From IMG/VR virus record IMGVR_UViG_3300044557_000292, positions 1-64,000 of that record: DNA of 64,000 bases. One strand, 5' to 3'. Numbering within the stretch: the stretch's first letter is position 1; every line of letters starts with the position of its first letter. This document shows positions 1-9,494 of the stretch, in pieces. Below the pieces are notes generated by a model that was not told the DNA's origin, ran no database searches, and saw only the letters and a program-made list of their open reading frames with translations. The position numbers and the translations under genes were made by a program. The DNA comes from a virus. Its lineage: Duplodnaviria; Heunggongvirae; Uroviricota; Caudoviricetes.

Positions 1-1146
1 GGTTCAACCCCGCAATGCGGGGAATACGAATGTATCATCGTATGCTACATCTGTATCATCAGGGTTCAACCCCGCAATGCGGGGAATACCCTTCCTAGAA
101 GCACGCTCCACAGGATTCCTGATCGGGTTCAACCCCGCAATGCGGGGAATACCGACCGCAGATGACGCACCAGACTTCGAGTGTCGAGGTTCAACCCCGC
201 AATGCGGGGAATACTGCTCATCTACTTTTCTGAGAGCCATGCTCGGATTGGGTTCAACCCCGCAATGCGGGGAATACTCCGCTTTTTCTCTTCGTCGATT
301 TCCCTGTTCCGGGGTTCAACCCCGCAATGCGGGGAATACTATACCATTGTTATTAGAATATTGTACCATATTGAGGTTCAACCCCGCAATGCGGGGAATA
401 CTTCTGAGTTATGCTTGTACTCATTCAGAACCCTCGGGTTCAACCCCGCAATGCGGGGAATACGACGATCGGAGCCGGCGATGGTGGCAAGACTGCTAGG
501 TTCAACCCCGCAATGCGGGGAATACTATCGACGTCTCGAACTGGCAGGCTAGCTCTGCTAGGTTCAACCCCGCAATGCGGGGAATACATTGAAGATCGTC
601 AAAGATCGGCCAGATCTGACAAGGTTCAACCCCGCAATGCGGGGAATACAGCAGATGGTCTCAAAGTCAGGATCAGGGGTAGAAGGTTCAACCCCGCAAT
701 GCGGGGAATACTGCGGGCCCCATTCAGCATTCCCCGACAGACTCTTGGGTTCAACCCCGCAATGCGGGGAATACTCCCAAGCGGAATGCTTTGCACTGAC
801 CATTGGCAAGGTTCAACCCCGCAATGCGGGGAATACTTGGTTCAGCGGGAGAGTCTATCAGGCAGTACTCAGGTTCAACCCCGCAATGCGGGGAATACTC
901 TTGTAGAAGATTGAGAAGACCATCGCACCAGAAGGTTCAACCCCGCAATGCGGGGAATACAGAGCCCGGTGCGGGCTGCGATTGCACTCATCGTGGGTTC
1001 AACCCCGCAATGCGGGGAATACTAGACTCTCCCGCTGAACCAAGATTCCACGGGCTGGGTTCAACCCCGCAATGCGGGGAATACTCAGCTCAGGGGGATG
1101 AGGAGCGGCAACGCGAACCGGTTCAACCCCGCAATGCGGGGAATAC
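1..1146 (-). CRISPR. Type I-E-like CRISPR array, 19 identical 27-nt repeats and 18 unique 35-36-nt spacers; may continue beyond the window start
   Basis: GGTTCAACCCCGCAATGCGGGGAATAC starts at 1,63,126,188,251,313,375,437,499,561,623,685,748,810,872,934,996,1058,1120 (period 62-63). The reverse complement GTATTCCCCGCATTGCGGGGTTGAACC resembles I-E repeats, with a CCCCGC/GCGGGG stem. No cas genes in the window. Confidence 0.98.
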
Positions 1147-1312
1147 CTAGGAACGTTGAAGCCACGTTAACGATAATCGATTATAACCATGATTCTCGTT
1201 AACGTAGATCAACATCCCGAACTCATAGACCCATCACGCTATTAAAATATCAAGCGCCAGTACCACCGCACAATTAAAATACCATCTAGGAATAATGCAC
1301 TAGGAACGCGGA
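1147..1312 (-). promoter_or_regulatory. CRISPR leader
   Basis: AT-richer non-coding DNA abutting the last repeat. It contains an imperfect palindrome of CGTTAACG boxes (1164-1205) and a minus-strand TGGTTATAAT -10-like box pointing into the array. A paralogous copy lies at 17750-17932. Confidence 0.8.
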
Positions 1313-1400
1313 GGATGCGTTCTAACGCCCTGTAACACAGGTGAGTGAAAAAACACGCGCCAAGAATGGCCGAGCGTCTAAGGCGTCATGGAATGCGTCT
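1313..1400 (+). repeat. Dispersed repeat family A, copy 1
   Basis: GGATGCGTTCTAACGC...AGGTGAGTRAAAAAACACGCGCC...GAGCGTCTAAGGCGTCATGGAATGCGTCT, with terminal imperfect inverted repeats. Confidence 0.9.
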
Positions 1401-1465
1401 AAGAGGACAATTAGAGTGAATCCTCACACTTACATGAAGATCGCACCGGAATCTCGTACCTTACC

Positions 1466-1975
1466 TCAGAAGAATAAGACCTTCAGGATCGCCAGGACGA
1501 TGACCACCGCGATGATAGCCAGGATGATCTTTGAAGGACTCTCCGTGAGCCTCCTGCTCCCAGTGGTGTCGTCAGGTCTGATGACCTTCCTGCGGACATC
1601 GTCTACGCTACGCACGCCGTTAGGACCACTCATGTGGCCCGTGTTATACGAGTACACGCTCTTCTGCTTTATGGAGGAATCCTCAAATGCTGACAATGAG
1701 TCCCTGATCGCCGGTGATCCTCCTGCAGGATCGTCAGCGGTGGCAATGGTAGCCCTCACGGATGGTCTTGTGGCCACTCGATCTGGAGCACCGTCCCCAT
1801 CATCCATGGGGATTCCCCTGACTGGCCTTCCGGTCCTGGGGTCAATCATCTTCCCCGAGCTGCCTGGAATGCTAGTGGAAGAACGGCCGTGATTCAGCCT
1901 ATCGAATCTCGATGGAGTAGGATCGCCACCATTCAACCTACCCGGCGTGTGATTCCTTCCCGTTGGTTTCACCAT
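1466..1975 (-). CDS. Hypothetical protein with C-terminal membrane anchor
   Basis: 169-aa ORF ending in the hydrophobic stretch IILAIIAVVIVLAILKVLFF. Confidence 0.6.
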   Translation of the reverse strand: MVKPTGRNHTPGRLNGGDPTPSRFDRLNHGRSSTSIPGSSGKMIDPRTGRPVRGIPMDDGDGAPDRVATRPSVRATIATADDPAGGSPAIRDSLSAFEDSSIKQKSVYSYNTGHMSGPNGVRSVDDVRRKVIRPDDTTGSRRLTESPSKIILAIIAVVIVLAILKVLFF

Positions 1976-2381
1976 GCAGGACCTCCATTACGATGTCGGC
2001 TATTGATAGTATTGTGGACGTCGCGAGCACGGCCATGATCACGAGTTCCATGAGGATTCCCCATGCGCCAAAATACCATAGGACCATGGTCACCACGATG
2101 AGGAGTATTGACCCCAGGAAGACCAGACCGTCAACGATCATGATGATGACCTGAAATCTATTGTCAGCATGGGCTAGCCCAACCCTGCTTTCACTAGTAC
2201 CACGATCATCATCACTCTTACTCATGAGGATAAGATATGCCCCGCGTCCTGCTCTCACCCTGCTCTCACCATCCATGATGATCCTCCAATCCCCGGTCCG
2301 CGGGTGGCTGCAGGAGCTGTGAGCCACGAGCCATGAATCGAATGAATCGTCATAGGGGATGGGGGACTGGGTGACGCCCAT
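1938..2381 (-). CDS. Hypothetical membrane protein (true start may be downstream of the called one)
   Basis: ORF with two hydrophobic helices that overlaps the next gene start. Confidence 0.5.
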   Translation of the reverse strand: MGVTQSPIPYDDSFDSWLVAHSSCSHPRTGDWRIIMDGESRVRAGRGAYLILMSKSDDDRGTSESRVGLAHADNRFQVIIMIVDGLVFLGSILLIVVTMVLWYFGAWGILMELVIMAVLATSTILSIADIVMEVLHGETNGKESHAG

Positions 2382-2407
2382 TAGGAGGTAGGAGCCTTGG
2401 CACCGCA

Positions 2408-2469
2408 GACCCTATAATCCTAGGATATGCTTTCCCGTGTTACATGGCCAGCGTTACTATTACGCCCTT
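2408..2469 (-). repeat. Dispersed repeat family B, copy 1 (inverted)
   Basis: Reverse complement reads AAGGGCGTAATAGTAACGCTGGCCATGTAACACGGGAAAGCATATCCTAGGATTATAGGGTC. Confidence 0.9.
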
Positions 2470-2504
2470 CCTAGGAATGGCGTCTTACCGTGGAGAGAAT
2501 ACCC

Positions 2505-2984
2505 CTAGTCTTCGACGTCAGCACCCCACCATGATGAGGACGGGCTTGCCCACAGGAGAAGCCCCGCAATGACCGATGACGCTAATATGAGCCAGTACGG
2601 GACCGCGTCTTGAAAGATGGTGAGATCAACAGCAGTGTAGAGGAATAGCAGATGAGTGAGCATGATGACAATGAGACATGATAACCCAGCTCTATTGCCA
2701 GATGGCCTAACAGTCGCGATCCACGTGATTAGGAAGACTATGGCAGCAGGTATCGTGAATAGTAGACTGATCAATGGTATGGCTAGCCAGTGGACCTCAT
2801 TATGATTCATGAGTACATACGCGTAGAACAATGACTGGGCTAGTACCGGAATCATAAGGAGGGAAGCCCTCCAGCTCATTGGAACGTAATCACCACGATC
2901 AACATTCTTCACATGATTAGATGTCCTTGCGCATGACATGAGGGCTAGCATCGTGAATATTACCGTGGTGACGATCAGGGTCAT
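2505..2984 (-). CDS. Hypothetical polytopic membrane protein
   Basis: 159 aa with about 5 hydrophobic segments; GGGAGG RBS upstream. Confidence 0.7.
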   Translation of the reverse strand: MTLIVTTVIFTMLALMSCARTSNHVKNVDRGDYVPMSWRASLLMIPVLAQSLFYAYVLMNHNEVHWLAIPLISLLFTIPAAIVFLITWIATVRPSGNRAGLSCLIVIMLTHLLFLYTAVDLTIFQDAVPYWLILASSVIAGLLLWASPSSSWWGADVED

Positions 2985-3599
2985 GAGCTAATCCTCCCAT
3001 TACAGACGATCATTAATTAGACTGCCACCATCTTGTAGCAGAATCAATGAGATCAGCATCCAATCGACTTGGCCTTGCGGGCGGACGCTTCAGCCCATCT
3101 AGCATAGTCTTCAATATCCTCATGTGAATCATAACCCCCGTCAGCACTGTTATCATGGTTATGATCAATGAGGCCAGACCAGTCAACCGGAGCAGTTCCA
3201 AGTCCCCTCTTCAATCTACGAGCCTCAATACGAGCGTGCTTATCTGTCCTGTGGCAACGTGCCATCATCACTCCTTCCCATGACGTTAGGGAAGATGATC
3301 CCCTAACGATTGTTGTGTAGCATTCACGAGAATAAGATATCAGACCGGTCTAATCCCCTCCAGTGAAACCTAATGGGCTTTGGGGGTAATGCTTGAGCTG
3401 GATCTGATGGCCGCCCGGGGACGATGCTCGAGGAATCCATGCCCATCCAGCAGGGGGTAAAGAGCTTCGCCTTGCTGACATGAGACGATGATTGAGATTC
3501 ACCTCCGGTACTAGGCCTACTCATGATGATCCTCCCCGTGAATATCTTATCCTTAGCTTCACATAGTATCATGATCTTACCACAGGGAGGAGAGGGTCC

Positions 3600-4226
3600 G
3601 TGTCTAGTCTCAATCAATATGAGGACATCATTCCCATGGTATCTATAACCGCTGGTGACGGTGGCAAGATAGGAACAGCATACTGGGATCCGGCAAGCAC
3701 GAACAACAGGATCGCCATCAACACGATCGGCATCAGGCGTGGAAGACTATTGAGCGCTCCGCACGGTGCTATCATCAGTGAAGACGGTGAATCATCAAGA
3801 TTCATGAGGAGTCTTTATGATTCCATTTCTGCTAGCACTCACCACCCCGGTCTCATCATGATTGGACGTGACGACAGGCCAATTGACGATCTAACCAGCA
3901 TCATCTATGAGGTGAACGGGAGGATCAGGCTCATGGAGCATGAGCATGTGGACGATTGGGGACTCATGCCAAGGAGTCTGAATCCAGATCCAAGCCTCTA
4001 CGTGCTCGTCAGCAATGCTGAATCACTGTCCGATGATGAGGCGTCGATCGTAACGTCAATCTTAAGACTCGGGAGGGCCACTCACGTCTTCGCGTTCTTG
4101 TCAATTGACAGCATTGATCGGGTGACCGCGGAAGATGCTGACAATATTGGCATAAAGATCTTCACGTCCTCATCTAGCAACGCGGTCGTGTCTTACCTCG
4201 GTGAGGACATTCCCATCACCGTTTGA
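3600..4226 (+). CDS. Hypothetical protein, possibly a degenerate FtsK/SpoIIIE-like ATPase domain
   Basis: The segments EVNGRIRLMEHEHV and SILRLGRATHVFAFL recall FtsK-domain C-terminal motifs, but there is no Walker A. Confidence 0.4.
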   Translation: MSSLNQYEDIIPMVSITAGDGGKIGTAYWDPASTNNRIAINTIGIRRGRLLSAPHGAIISEDGESSRFMRSLYDSISASTHHPGLIMIGRDDRPIDDLTSIIYEVNGRIRLMEHEHVDDWGLMPRSLNPDPSLYVLVSNAESLSDDEASIVTSILRLGRATHVFAFLSIDSIDRVTAEDADNIGIKIFTSSSSNAVVSYLGEDIPITV

Positions 4227-4315
4227 CAATAGTAGACCACGTGACGGCCTGAGTTAACAGTTCTGAAGAGGATCTTTGCTTGAGGGCAATCTAGCCTAAC
4301 GGTAATGATGATTAG

Positions 4316-5176
4316 TTAAACGTACTCGGGCTGCTCGTCTTTACCGTTAACCAGGCTGATCTTATCCTCAAACGAATGCACCTTGTCAGCATACTGATCA
4401 TCAACGATGATCATGTCCGCGAGCTGCATTCCATAACCGAGGGTTTCCGCGCCCACATCAGAACCATTAGAACCGCTAGTCCTTATCTTGAATCGTACCA
4501 CGTGGACTTTACCGTCCTTCAAGATGGGAAGCACGTCCGTCAGACCGTTCTTCAAGCTGGTGGTCCAGGGTCTAATCACATCATGATCATTAGAGTCCCC
4601 CGCAGTGATCATTGACGTGTGGATCACGGGAGGTTCTATCAGACCGCCTAGTCCTATACCACCCTCATAGCATTCTGGAGAGGACTCACCGTACCGGTCA
4701 TAGTCATCCCTGGTAATCCAGCTCAGCCTTCCATTGATCTTCACCACGTGATCGCCACGAGCTATCGCATCACGCTTAAGATCTCCATGATTCCGCTTCA
4801 CGGTTCTCTCGTATAGGACATTCTCGTCTATAGTGTCCCCACTGTAATCATCATACGTGTTCTTCCTGAGCACGACGCACTCGTAATTCCTCTCGACCTC
4901 GTTAAGATCTAAACGATAGCCAGACTTGAGGTTATCGATCTCACGGGCTGAGACATAGCCGAAAGGGAAGAACATGAGGATCACTAGGGGGTTGGGGATG
5001 TAGAATCCAATCCCAAGTGACGCTATCGCTAGGATGGCCGGTACTATCACCCTGATACGAGCCCTCTTCAGCGTATAGACCACGACGCCATCATCAGAAG
5101 ACCCGTTAACCGAGCCGCCTCCTCCATTGTCAATGATGCTGTCGTCACCCGCGCTCGATGCGCTCACAGTACTCAT
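4316..5176 (-). CDS. Hypothetical membrane protein
   Basis: 286-aa ORF with an N-terminal TM hairpin and GGAGG RBS. Confidence 0.7.
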   Translation of the reverse strand: MSTVSASSAGDDSIIDNGGGGSVNGSSDDGVVVYTLKRARIRVIVPAILAIASLGIGFYIPNPLVILMFFPFGYVSAREIDNLKSGYRLDLNEVERNYECVVLRKNTYDDYSGDTIDENVLYERTVKRNHGDLKRDAIARGDHVVKINGRLSWITRDDYDRYGESSPECYEGGIGLGGLIEPPVIHTSMITAGDSNDHDVIRPWTTSLKNGLTDVLPILKDGKVHVVRFKIRTSGSNGSDVGAETLGYGMQLADMIIVDDQYADKVHSFEDKISLVNGKDEQPEYV

Positions 5177-5266
5177 GCGTCCTCCAAATCGTCCCCATAA
5201 GCCAGACCATAAAGCCAGACCATAATGATAACGTATGGTACCATTCCAATCAACCCAATTTGATGA

Positions 5267-5773
5267 TCATCTGTATTCCTGCAGGGCTGACTCATCGAGG
5301 TCATCTTCACGCGCCATACCAGCAAGATCGCTAGCCGAAGAGTAGAGTGACTCCATCCTGTCAGCCAGGTCGTCAGGATCAATGAGAACCGCGGCCACGT
5401 ACTTGTGAATGACCGCTGGTGATGGCCATTCCCCAAGATGCTCGACGAGCACGGCGATGGTCGAGCGCTCCTGGAGGATGAGATCAATACTACATGGAAG
5501 CCCATCAACACTAGGGTTAACGCTCATGTTCACCACACTGTAACTAGATTCAGGATCAATGAGGTCATTGAGCCTGTCATCATCATAGATCTTTAAGATG
5601 CCGAACCCGGAGGCATGCCGCTTATTGAAGTCAAGATTCTTATGACCAGGGATCTTATCGTAGGCAGCGCTGATGTCATGGGCAACTTGATCTAGAAGCC
5701 CGTCCCTCCCGTCGACTGCACCAGTTTCCGTATTGATATCAACACTCATCATCAAACTCCTTAAGCTCATCAT
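5267..5773 (-). CDS. Hypothetical protein
   Basis: 168-aa acidic ORF with element-typical codon style. Confidence 0.6.
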   Translation of the reverse strand: MMSLRSLMMSVDINTETGAVDGRDGLLDQVAHDISAAYDKIPGHKNLDFNKRHASGFGILKIYDDDRLNDLIDPESSYSVVNMSVNPSVDGLPCSIDLILQERSTIAVLVEHLGEWPSPAVIHKYVAAVLIDPDDLADRMESLYSSASDLAGMAREDDLDESALQEYR

Positions 5774-6299
5774 GGCTACTATTCGCGTCAGGATGCTATC
5801 AATTGCAGTACAGCATCTTAACCCGTTACATGATCATCATAACCCTGATATGATGGGCTGACAACGTGTTGGCGTGTCGGGGATATAACAGAATAGATGG
5901 ATTCTACTCTGGATCTTTAAGATCTTCAATTCCTCCATTGATGCTATCATTGACCGGTGGACGCCGGGTGGCCATCATCCTTGGAGTCATCTCCCCCGCC
6001 ATCATCCCCCGCGAGCAATTCCCCCAGCTTCCTGAATGCTACGGGTAGATACCTATCCGAAGCCCACCACACGAATGTTGATACGGCGACCTCCAGTACC
6101 CTGGTCAATACTGAATGCCTGCTAGTCCAGCTGGTCGCATTCTTGTTACTATTCGACATGACTTCCTCCTCATCTCTCACATATGACCCAATGAAGTAAA
6201 CTATCGTGCTCGACGTTTATCTCTCATATCTTTCCCATGTGAAAAGGATATGAGGGAATTGAATTCGAGCAGAATAAAGAATAAGGAGGATAATAGATT

Positions 6300-7022
6300 A
6301 TGATTAGCCCTGAGGATAATGCTAAGACGATGCCGCCAGTACAGGGGGCAGTATGGGTGGAACCCTATGAGAGGAATGGCGTCACGGTCAGCGGGTACTG
6401 GCGTGGGCCGAACGGGAGGAGGATAGAGTACGCTGACACTAGCTCCGAGTGGAAATCCAGAGATTTTTATCTAAACAAGAAGCTAGATGACCCGAACACC
6501 ACCGTGATCAACACTATCTACAATAACGCTCCATTCAACCTGCGGAATCCTTATGAGGCTGTCAGCAATTTTCAGGACTACGCGTCGGTTCTTGATGATG
6601 TCATTGAGACTGACCCGGTACCGGGAGAGGCAGAGAGGGGTAGGGGGTTGATGGAAGAGCTCGCTAATGCGTATCACGCCGTGTCGTGGTATGAGGTGAG
6701 CGAGTATGCTTTCAAGGCCGGTGTCAGACCAGAGCCCGGGCATGATCAGGCTCGCCTGCTGACCTATTATCCCGATAACGGGGAGATGTCCTTCGCGAAC
6801 GTCTACTGGCCACTAGAAGTTCAACCGAACGGTGAGAAGACCTATGCGAGGGTGGATAGACCAGAGGCCGTCCACTCGCCCAACCCGACGCCGGTTGACT
6901 ACAGGGCGTTCGTCGACCCGGCATGGTATCCAGCCCAGAAGGCAGCATTCCAGCATATTGACGAGTTCCTCAGGAATAGTGATGATTATAGCATTAGGGA
7001 CATGATCCAGGATTTCCGGTGA
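6300..7022 (+). CDS. Hypothetical protein with N-terminal VWV..Y.R.G..V.GYWRGPNG motif
   Basis: 240 aa, strong AAGGAGG RBS; N-terminal motif shared with 42994..44553. Confidence 0.8.
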   Translation: MISPEDNAKTMPPVQGAVWVEPYERNGVTVSGYWRGPNGRRIEYADTSSEWKSRDFYLNKKLDDPNTTVINTIYNNAPFNLRNPYEAVSNFQDYASVLDDVIETDPVPGEAERGRGLMEELANAYHAVSWYEVSEYAFKAGVRPEPGHDQARLLTYYPDNGEMSFANVYWPLEVQPNGEKTYARVDRPEAVHSPNPTPVDYRAFVDPAWYPAQKAAFQHIDEFLRNSDDYSIRDMIQDFR

Positions 7023-7024
7023 TC
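6830..7024 (+). repeat. 195-bp direct repeat, copy 1 (3' end of the 6300 gene); copy 2 at 8292-8486
   Basis: Near-identical sequence with mostly synonymous differences. Confidence 0.95.
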
Positions 7025-7754
7025 CCCGCTTGTTAACAAGCAGCTAGACGGTATACCGATAAACCGAGTATACTAGAAATCATTAACTGCGATTACGCTG
7101 CGTTCACATCTTTTTAGGATCATGATCAGAATCGAAATGCCTATGGCGAGGCACAGTGGTGTGAGGAATCAAGGGAGACATCATGAGGAACGGCAAGCAG
7201 GCATCAGTACGTGACCTAATGAGGAGACAGTTGAACTCGAGATCTCGTGATTCTACAACGGTTTAGCGTTCGGGAAGTAACGTCATACACAAAGGAGCCT
7301 TTTCGGGGACTTCCGTTCAGACTATCATCAGAATCGCAGTAGGCTGTTGTATTCTGAACATAGTTGAATCTAAGCAGATTTGGGATTGACGAGATGGCCC
7401 CTATCATCAAGCGGGAACATCATCTTGTCATTTTTCATCGCGATCATCGCCGCTAGCATGGCGTCATTGTTCATTTCCAATGCCACGATGGGTTTTATGA
7501 CCCTCCCCCTGTTGTGTTCCGTTCTTCCCGACGTTCCACGCATGACTCTCATGCTAAACCAGCCAGGTTCAGATACCATTCGACGGCGGCGCCGCCGAAG
7601 ATTCCCAGCCATGCCCCCCCCCCGCCATCATCGATGGCCCGTATCCCATCGTTTGATCTTCCATCGTTACGCGGGCTTATAGACGTGATATCTTCTGTCA
7701 TGATACCTCTGCTTGCAAGTCAGTGATACCGTATAAAATATAGCATAAGAATGT

Positions 7755-8264
7755 GTGCGCAGTAATATGAGCACATGGTATGAGAGGTTCCTTATGAACA
7801 GTTTTCAGGTATCAGATCTCGCCAAACAGCGGACTGCAGTGCTGGATGCCGCGAGGAACGGTCGTGCCATCATCAAAGACAACAAAGGGCCGGAGCTGGT
7901 GATGCTCCCTAATGTTAAACTTGAGCATCTGGAACTGTACAAGGAATGGACACTGAATTTAAACCGGCTCAGAAGTTATCTTCAGCCAGGTGGCCGGCCG
8001 GATGTGGCGGGGTGGGGAGACCTCGCATGGCTCAGGGTCTTTGATAACGATGATCTCACCGCGTTCTGTGATGAGCTTTCTGATGAGCTAATCATCGATA
8101 TTTCCGAAGATAACTTTACTGGGCTTGACAAGTTGCTGCATGATTGGAAGGCAACCGCAGGGCAATTGGAGGATCCGTTGAGAAAACGGGTGCTGCTATC
8201 TCCGGGACTTGATCAGGATGATTTCACCGAGGCCGAGGTGCCGGCAGAACCGTGGGATAAGTGA
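7755..8264 (+). CDS. Phd/YefM-like (prevent-host-death) antitoxin, actinobacterial long form
   Basis: N-terminal FQVSDLAKQRTAVLDAARNGRAIIKD...LVML Phd-like fold, plus C-terminal W.RVFD.DDL..F..EL...LHDWKATA. Confidence 0.65.
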   Translation: MRSNMSTWYERFLMNSFQVSDLAKQRTAVLDAARNGRAIIKDNKGPELVMLPNVKLEHLELYKEWTLNLNRLRSYLQPGGRPDVAGWGDLAWLRVFDNDDLTAFCDELSDELIIDISEDNFTGLDKLLHDWKATAGQLEDPLRKRVLLSPGLDQDDFTEAEVPAEPWDK

Positions 8265-8486
8265 TGGATTCTGCGTACAACCCTATGGAACCGGTGAGAA
8301 GACCTATGCGAGGGTGGACAGACCAGAGGCCGTCCACTCGCCCAACCCGACGCCGGTTGACTACAGGGCGCTCGTCGACCCGGCATGGTACCCAGCCCAG
8401 AAGACAGCATTCCAGCACATTGACGAGTTCCTCAGGAATAGTGATGATTATAGCATTAGGGAAATGATTCAAGATTCCCGGTGATC
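8261..8486 (+). pseudogene. Truncated downstream (probable toxin) gene start fused to a duplicated fragment of the 6300 gene
   Basis: The ORF overlaps the antitoxin stop (GTGATG), reads MDSAYNPMEPVRRP, then runs out of frame into the 195-bp duplicate. Confidence 0.5.
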
Positions 8487-8672
8487 TCTGACTGATAACA
8501 ATTTCAGCCGATAGAATCCTCTAAGGAGAAGACTGCCTGGAACGCGATACGATAGTACTCTAACGAGCTTATTCCATACGTGTGCCCCACCCAGCCAACG
8601 AACGCATCAAGACTCTCTGGACACGCGTGGATGGCGTCCGGGGCACACTGCAGCCCAATCCCTAGGAAAGAC

Positions 8673-9449
8673 TTATAAGGACCCATCAACGAGATCGTCC
8701 ATGGCCGTTCTGAACCCAAGCTCCCTCGCCCTATCAACTATTTTAACCCCATCAAGATGCATGACCGTCACCCTTCCCCTGAGATCATACGGAACAGCAG
8801 ACGCAATATCATTAAGGCCAGCGTGGGCTGGATTCTCCTGGATGGACGCGTCTGCGTACAACACCTTCACATGCTCGGGTTTCACGGTATTAATCACCAG
8901 CTTGATTCCAATCGTGTCAGATGTGTCACCTGACCAATAGATAATCCACTCGGGTCGGTCAAGTGATATGCTGTACGAGGACATGCCGGTGACGTGATTC
9001 ACCCTATCGTACCTGACCGTTAGCAACGGGTCCCTGAACTCTCCCCTGTATGACCCCTCGGCTACCGGCGATACGTCATAGAATGATTCCGGGATCCCCT
9101 GGAGTGATAGGAATTCTCTAATCAATCCGTTCAAAGATTTTGGAATGACGAGTAGAGGTTTGAGATTCCTCTCGTGGTGAAGCCAACCAATGAGAGATCC
9201 CAGGCTGCCCACGTGATCCGCGTGCATGCGCGTGATCAGTATGGCTACAGCTGGAGCTTCCCTGAACTCTCCAAGCGTCAACAGTCTATCGAACACGCTT
9301 GGGCCGCAGTCGATCAGGATCATACTCCCGTCATGCTCGATCATGAACGCAGAGTTGCTACCCAGCTCGGGATGGAATCCAGACCCGCACCCAAGGAATC
9401 GTAACAGTCCACCGGGAGCGCTTTCCCGTACCACGTGATCAACCATCAT
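8673..9449 (-). CDS. Metallo-beta-lactamase-fold hydrolase, RNase Z-like
   Basis: FLGCGSG, LIDCG, ITRMHADHVGSL (HxHxDH with first H replaced by R), VNHV, WSGDT, AH and MHLD motifs. Confidence 0.85.
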   Translation of the reverse strand: MMVDHVVRESAPGGLLRFLGCGSGFHPELGSNSAFMIEHDGSMILIDCGPSVFDRLLTLGEFREAPAVAILITRMHADHVGSLGSLIGWLHHERNLKPLLVIPKSLNGLIREFLSLQGIPESFYDVSPVAEGSYRGEFRDPLLTVRYDRVNHVTGMSSYSISLDRPEWIIYWSGDTSDTIGIKLVINTVKPEHVKVLYADASIQENPAHAGLNDIASAVPYDLRGRVTVMHLDGVKIVDRARELGFRTAMDDLVDGSL

Positions 9450-9494
9450 GATCCTCCCCGCTGATCATTGAACTACCTAGAAGCATCTATACGC

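Noticed and set aside
464-498. Spacer translating as TIGAGDGGKTA resembles SITAGDGGKIG in the 3600 gene (3642-3674)
   Set aside because: Only about 10 contiguous identical nucleotides, too weak for self-targeting. It could reflect a homologue in a rival element, but chance cannot be excluded without a search.
4-1150. Several ORFs with repeated peptides (GSTPQCGEY, RFNPAMRGI)
   Set aside because: They are translations of the CRISPR repeats, not genes.
1341-1892. Plus-strand ORFs starting in repeat A (also 35080..35361) and other long antisense ORFs such as 53966..54907
   Set aside because: They are shadows of real minus-strand genes or of the repeat, with no RBS or recognisable motifs.
8673-9449. 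Beta-lactamase resistance gene
   Set aside because: The motif layout is RNase Z-like, there is no signal peptide, and the first metal-binding His is replaced.
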